Source: Candidatus Norongarragalinales archaeon (GTDB taxonomy: Archaea > Micrarchaeota > Micrarchaeia > Norongarragalinales > Norongarragalinaceae). From it: DNA of 64,000 nucleotides. Numbering within the stretch: position 1 is the first letter of the stretch; each line of letters begins with the position of its first letter. A model generated the notes under the pieces. The model was not told the origin of the DNA, ran no database searches, and worked only from the letters and a program-made list of their open reading frames with translations. The translations under genes were made by a program, and so were the position numbers. Shown here piece after piece: positions 63,101-64,000 of the stretch. The DNA lies in assembly GCA_038884755.1 (NCBI GenBank), contig JAWABJ010000001.1:153792-217791 (forward strand). Direction: 5' to 3'.

Positions 63101-63671
63101 GGATTGCGTGAAGTACTACCAGTGCGATTGGACTAGAGACCAGTACGGCGTTTGGTCTTGCGACGTGAAAGCCGGAAACGCCCGCGACTCGTGCGAGGCC
63201 GTGGGAGGCTGGAGCTGCAACGCCGCCTCTGCCTGCGTGCCTTCGACCGCTGACAAGCGCGGGGCGGGAACGTGCCCGTACGGGACAGTGTGCTGCCAGC
63301 CGCTCAAATCCCTGCCTTCAGGCGAAACCTGCTACTCCATAAGCCCGTCGCTTTGCTTGCAGTACCGCTCTTGCGAACTGATAGACGCGTCTTTCTACGG
63401 CAAAGCATGCGTGCCCAAAACCGCACCGAAAGGCTCTTTGTTCCTACCCGCAAGCAAAAGCTGCTCTTCCATAAGTGAAACCGATTGCCTGAAGTACGTG
63501 GAATGCACTTTGCAGTACAAGTTCGGCACATCCATTTGCGTGACTAAAACTGGCTACTGGAAACTGCCTGCTGGAAAAACCTGCAGCAGCATAAGCAATT
63601 CGGAGTGCAATTACTACAGCAAGTGCAAGCTTGCAAGCACGGTAGGCGGGACTTTCTGCCAGGAAAAGTGA
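60120..63671 (+). CDS. very large secreted protein (1183 aa) with at least 7 tandem ~30-aa 4-Cys modules in the C-terminal third
   Basis: Signal peptide MQERAFFALFSIMILSGLVFAASS. The N-terminal ~800 aa is non-repetitive. The C-terminal modules have the pattern [KT]C-x5-(E/D)C-x5-C-x9-11-C[VI]-x-K (for example TCETLSPSECRKNSKCVVIPTTTYGNACISK and SCSSISETDCLKYVECTLQYKFGTSICVTK). There is no TM anchor. Confidence 0.65.
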   Translation: MQERAFFALFSIMILSGLVFAASSTPIPEKKLFETNDMLSVQFPQSASYEIKDGNKLYFNEPVKEVYLHYFSGGSETRQTLYKVGRIDVWPKFEMLVFDNTSQSTMVVLKDKRTTVQTAVRFRAVFYETSVSSAAPAQDSPVTTPSAVCPFVYGFKKDGAIAGFRLSDNGTAKDLKTVVFGETDAVDYTLLWPSGESTVKKFNVKRIELLTATQGNAKKEVSDTKTSYSFASPVIILVTPENGKQFVAAVKKMTFSSKSSVEKAFQFGAPDVGNVKTEYTTGALAVQSREKPFSFNLVEDQRVSSFDWDPSSASCYPVFVEGAEKPVWVRDLSWESAPSYAGSRAGNAQGCAAQLGRCITETTANLYKLKFSSETKVTLVSCNVLQDNPVAKAKLGEVEFDLVALFDKKPEFVFDGAKFEFKYSFRQGNAKDFGINNGVWHVVYDPAAFDYYHSLNKNGGVPSAVPRHEDEAYAPQNHYCPSAGVNSYTLMNSGDYLARMWIAGTQGDLVLSESLVRLVHSPSTFGQFLLAHRSSDVVQENFQFRTNYVEARNAPKALLFNNLLYSVFSLSPATSSSAAGFLASVKDAATNNAVLDVVNPGAFGSVGKISLRNVFYTGYKISLKSKDDKFEGVAFTILQPKSAGAPGADCESSFFNPSAQSSKKCFDAAPFCWGYLSGSGTPFGNYRCYPVSAGNGYPAADAYACKGTVYSDLNAQTREHGTVYLKYAEGKGHCSNNQRAEELIKDGSCKKTPLENISYVVTKDGKEMTYKVKVLDCSARYSDANAGGAGGRDRPPAAGTGRASIPALESSGGLSVKTPAQKVKECRSQGAGFDCRNVNACDPASIKRGLCPGGDDNVCCKAKGQDSEKCETLPVSECKKQPSCEVKSSGGVDSCVPKASSSETCETLSPSECRKNSKCVVIPTTTYGNACISKSNAPSCSSIGVSRCSSYEYCEVIDTTYGKACVEKSAATPKPPKTWNLPDGKTCSDILKQQDCVKYYQCDWTRDQYGVWSCDVKAGNARDSCEAVGGWSCNAASACVPSTADKRGAGTCPYGTVCCQPLKSLPSGETCYSISPSLCLQYRSCELIDASFYGKACVPKTAPKGSLFLPASKSCSSISETDCLKYVECTLQYKFGTSICVTKTGYWKLPAGKTCSSISNSECNYYSKCKLASTVGGTFCQEK

Positions 63672-63677
63672 GTTGCA

Positions 63678-64000
63678 ATGGGCAGCACCCGCTTGTTTCT
63701 GTTGGTTTTACTTTTTTCCGCGGTCCTCTTCGCAGGCTGCGTTTCCAGCCAAAACCCAGCGGAAAGACAGGTCCAGAGTTCGGAAAACGCGCTGGAACTA
63801 GAGCGTTTTGTTGAAACGCAGGAAGAGCTGGACGCCTTCGACCAGGAATCTTTCTCCGAGTCCGAGAAAAAAATCTTGGAGGCAAACCAAGCGTACTTGG
63901 ATTTCATTGGCGAGGCTGGAAAACTCAACAACCTCGCGTTCGACTGCGCAAATTTCGAGCTCTACCAGAAAAACCTCGACACCCTCCAGAACGCGATTGA
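63678..64000 (+). CDS. putative lipoprotein, N-terminal fragment (runs off window end)
   Basis: MGSTRLFLLVLLFSAVLFAGCVSS has a lipobox-like LFAGC. An acidic coiled region follows. Confidence 0.4.
   Translation, partial: MGSTRLFLLVLLFSAVLFAGCVSSQNPAERQVQSSENALELERFVETQEELDAFDQESFSESEKKILEANQAYLDFIGEAGKLNNLAFDCANFELYQKNLDTLQNAI

Noticed and set aside
1-64000. Searched for rRNA genes, CRISPR repeats, transposases or integrases, toxin-antitoxin pairs and restriction-modification pairs
   Set aside because: None found. The two methyltransferases have no adjacent nuclease. No IS-like inverted terminal repeats flank any ORF. All large non-coding stretches are explained by tRNAs with introns or promoter regions.

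Overview
This is an archaeal chromosomal segment of roughly 54% GC. Nearly all coding assignments rest on protein motifs I recognise in the supplied translations. The seven tRNAs were folded by hand; no database search was run and no covariance-model tRNA scan (tRNAscan-SE/ARAGORN) was used.

Core information-processing content: an rpoH-rpoB''-rpoB'-rpoA block with rpoB split but rpoA encoded as one unsplit 1135-aa ORF; an S13-S4-S11-RpoD-(DUF167)-tRNA-Leu-L18e-L13-S9-RpoN-tRNA-Pro operon; L14e and Cbf5; Nop5-fibrillarin; GlyRS; family-B DNA polymerase; PolD DP1/DP2; cytidylate kinase; MetAP.

Metabolism: lipA next to a 2-oxoacid dehydrogenase E1-alpha, pyruvate kinase, a tdh-kbl threonine-degradation pair, pyrB, acylphosphatase.

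Seven tRNAs are present; four (Ser-GGA, Gly-TCC, Arg-CCG, Arg-TCG) carry introns inside the T-loop, two of them alongside a canonical 37/38 intron. The introns, the tRNA flanks and the L14e-cbf5 spacer share a family of AT-palindromic hairpins (TTTTTCTTTT...AAAAGAAAAA, often followed by AAAGAAAAACG), with at least 10 copies.

The accessory content is dominated by secreted, Cys-rich surface proteins:
- an island at 9.5-16 kb, with two large paralogs carrying Ser/Pro linkers, a shared C-terminal module and an LPETD-TM-basic sorting-signal-like tail;
- a surface protein with more than 50 N-glycosylation sequons;
- a 1183-aa protein with at least seven tandem 4-Cys modules.

There is also a glycosylation cluster: a GT2 Dol-P-sugar synthase, two GT-C-like paralogs, and a third copy split and circularly permuted into two ORFs.

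A candidate C/D box sRNA and an AT-rich methyltransferase islet are noted. No CRISPR array, rRNA, transposase or integrase was found.
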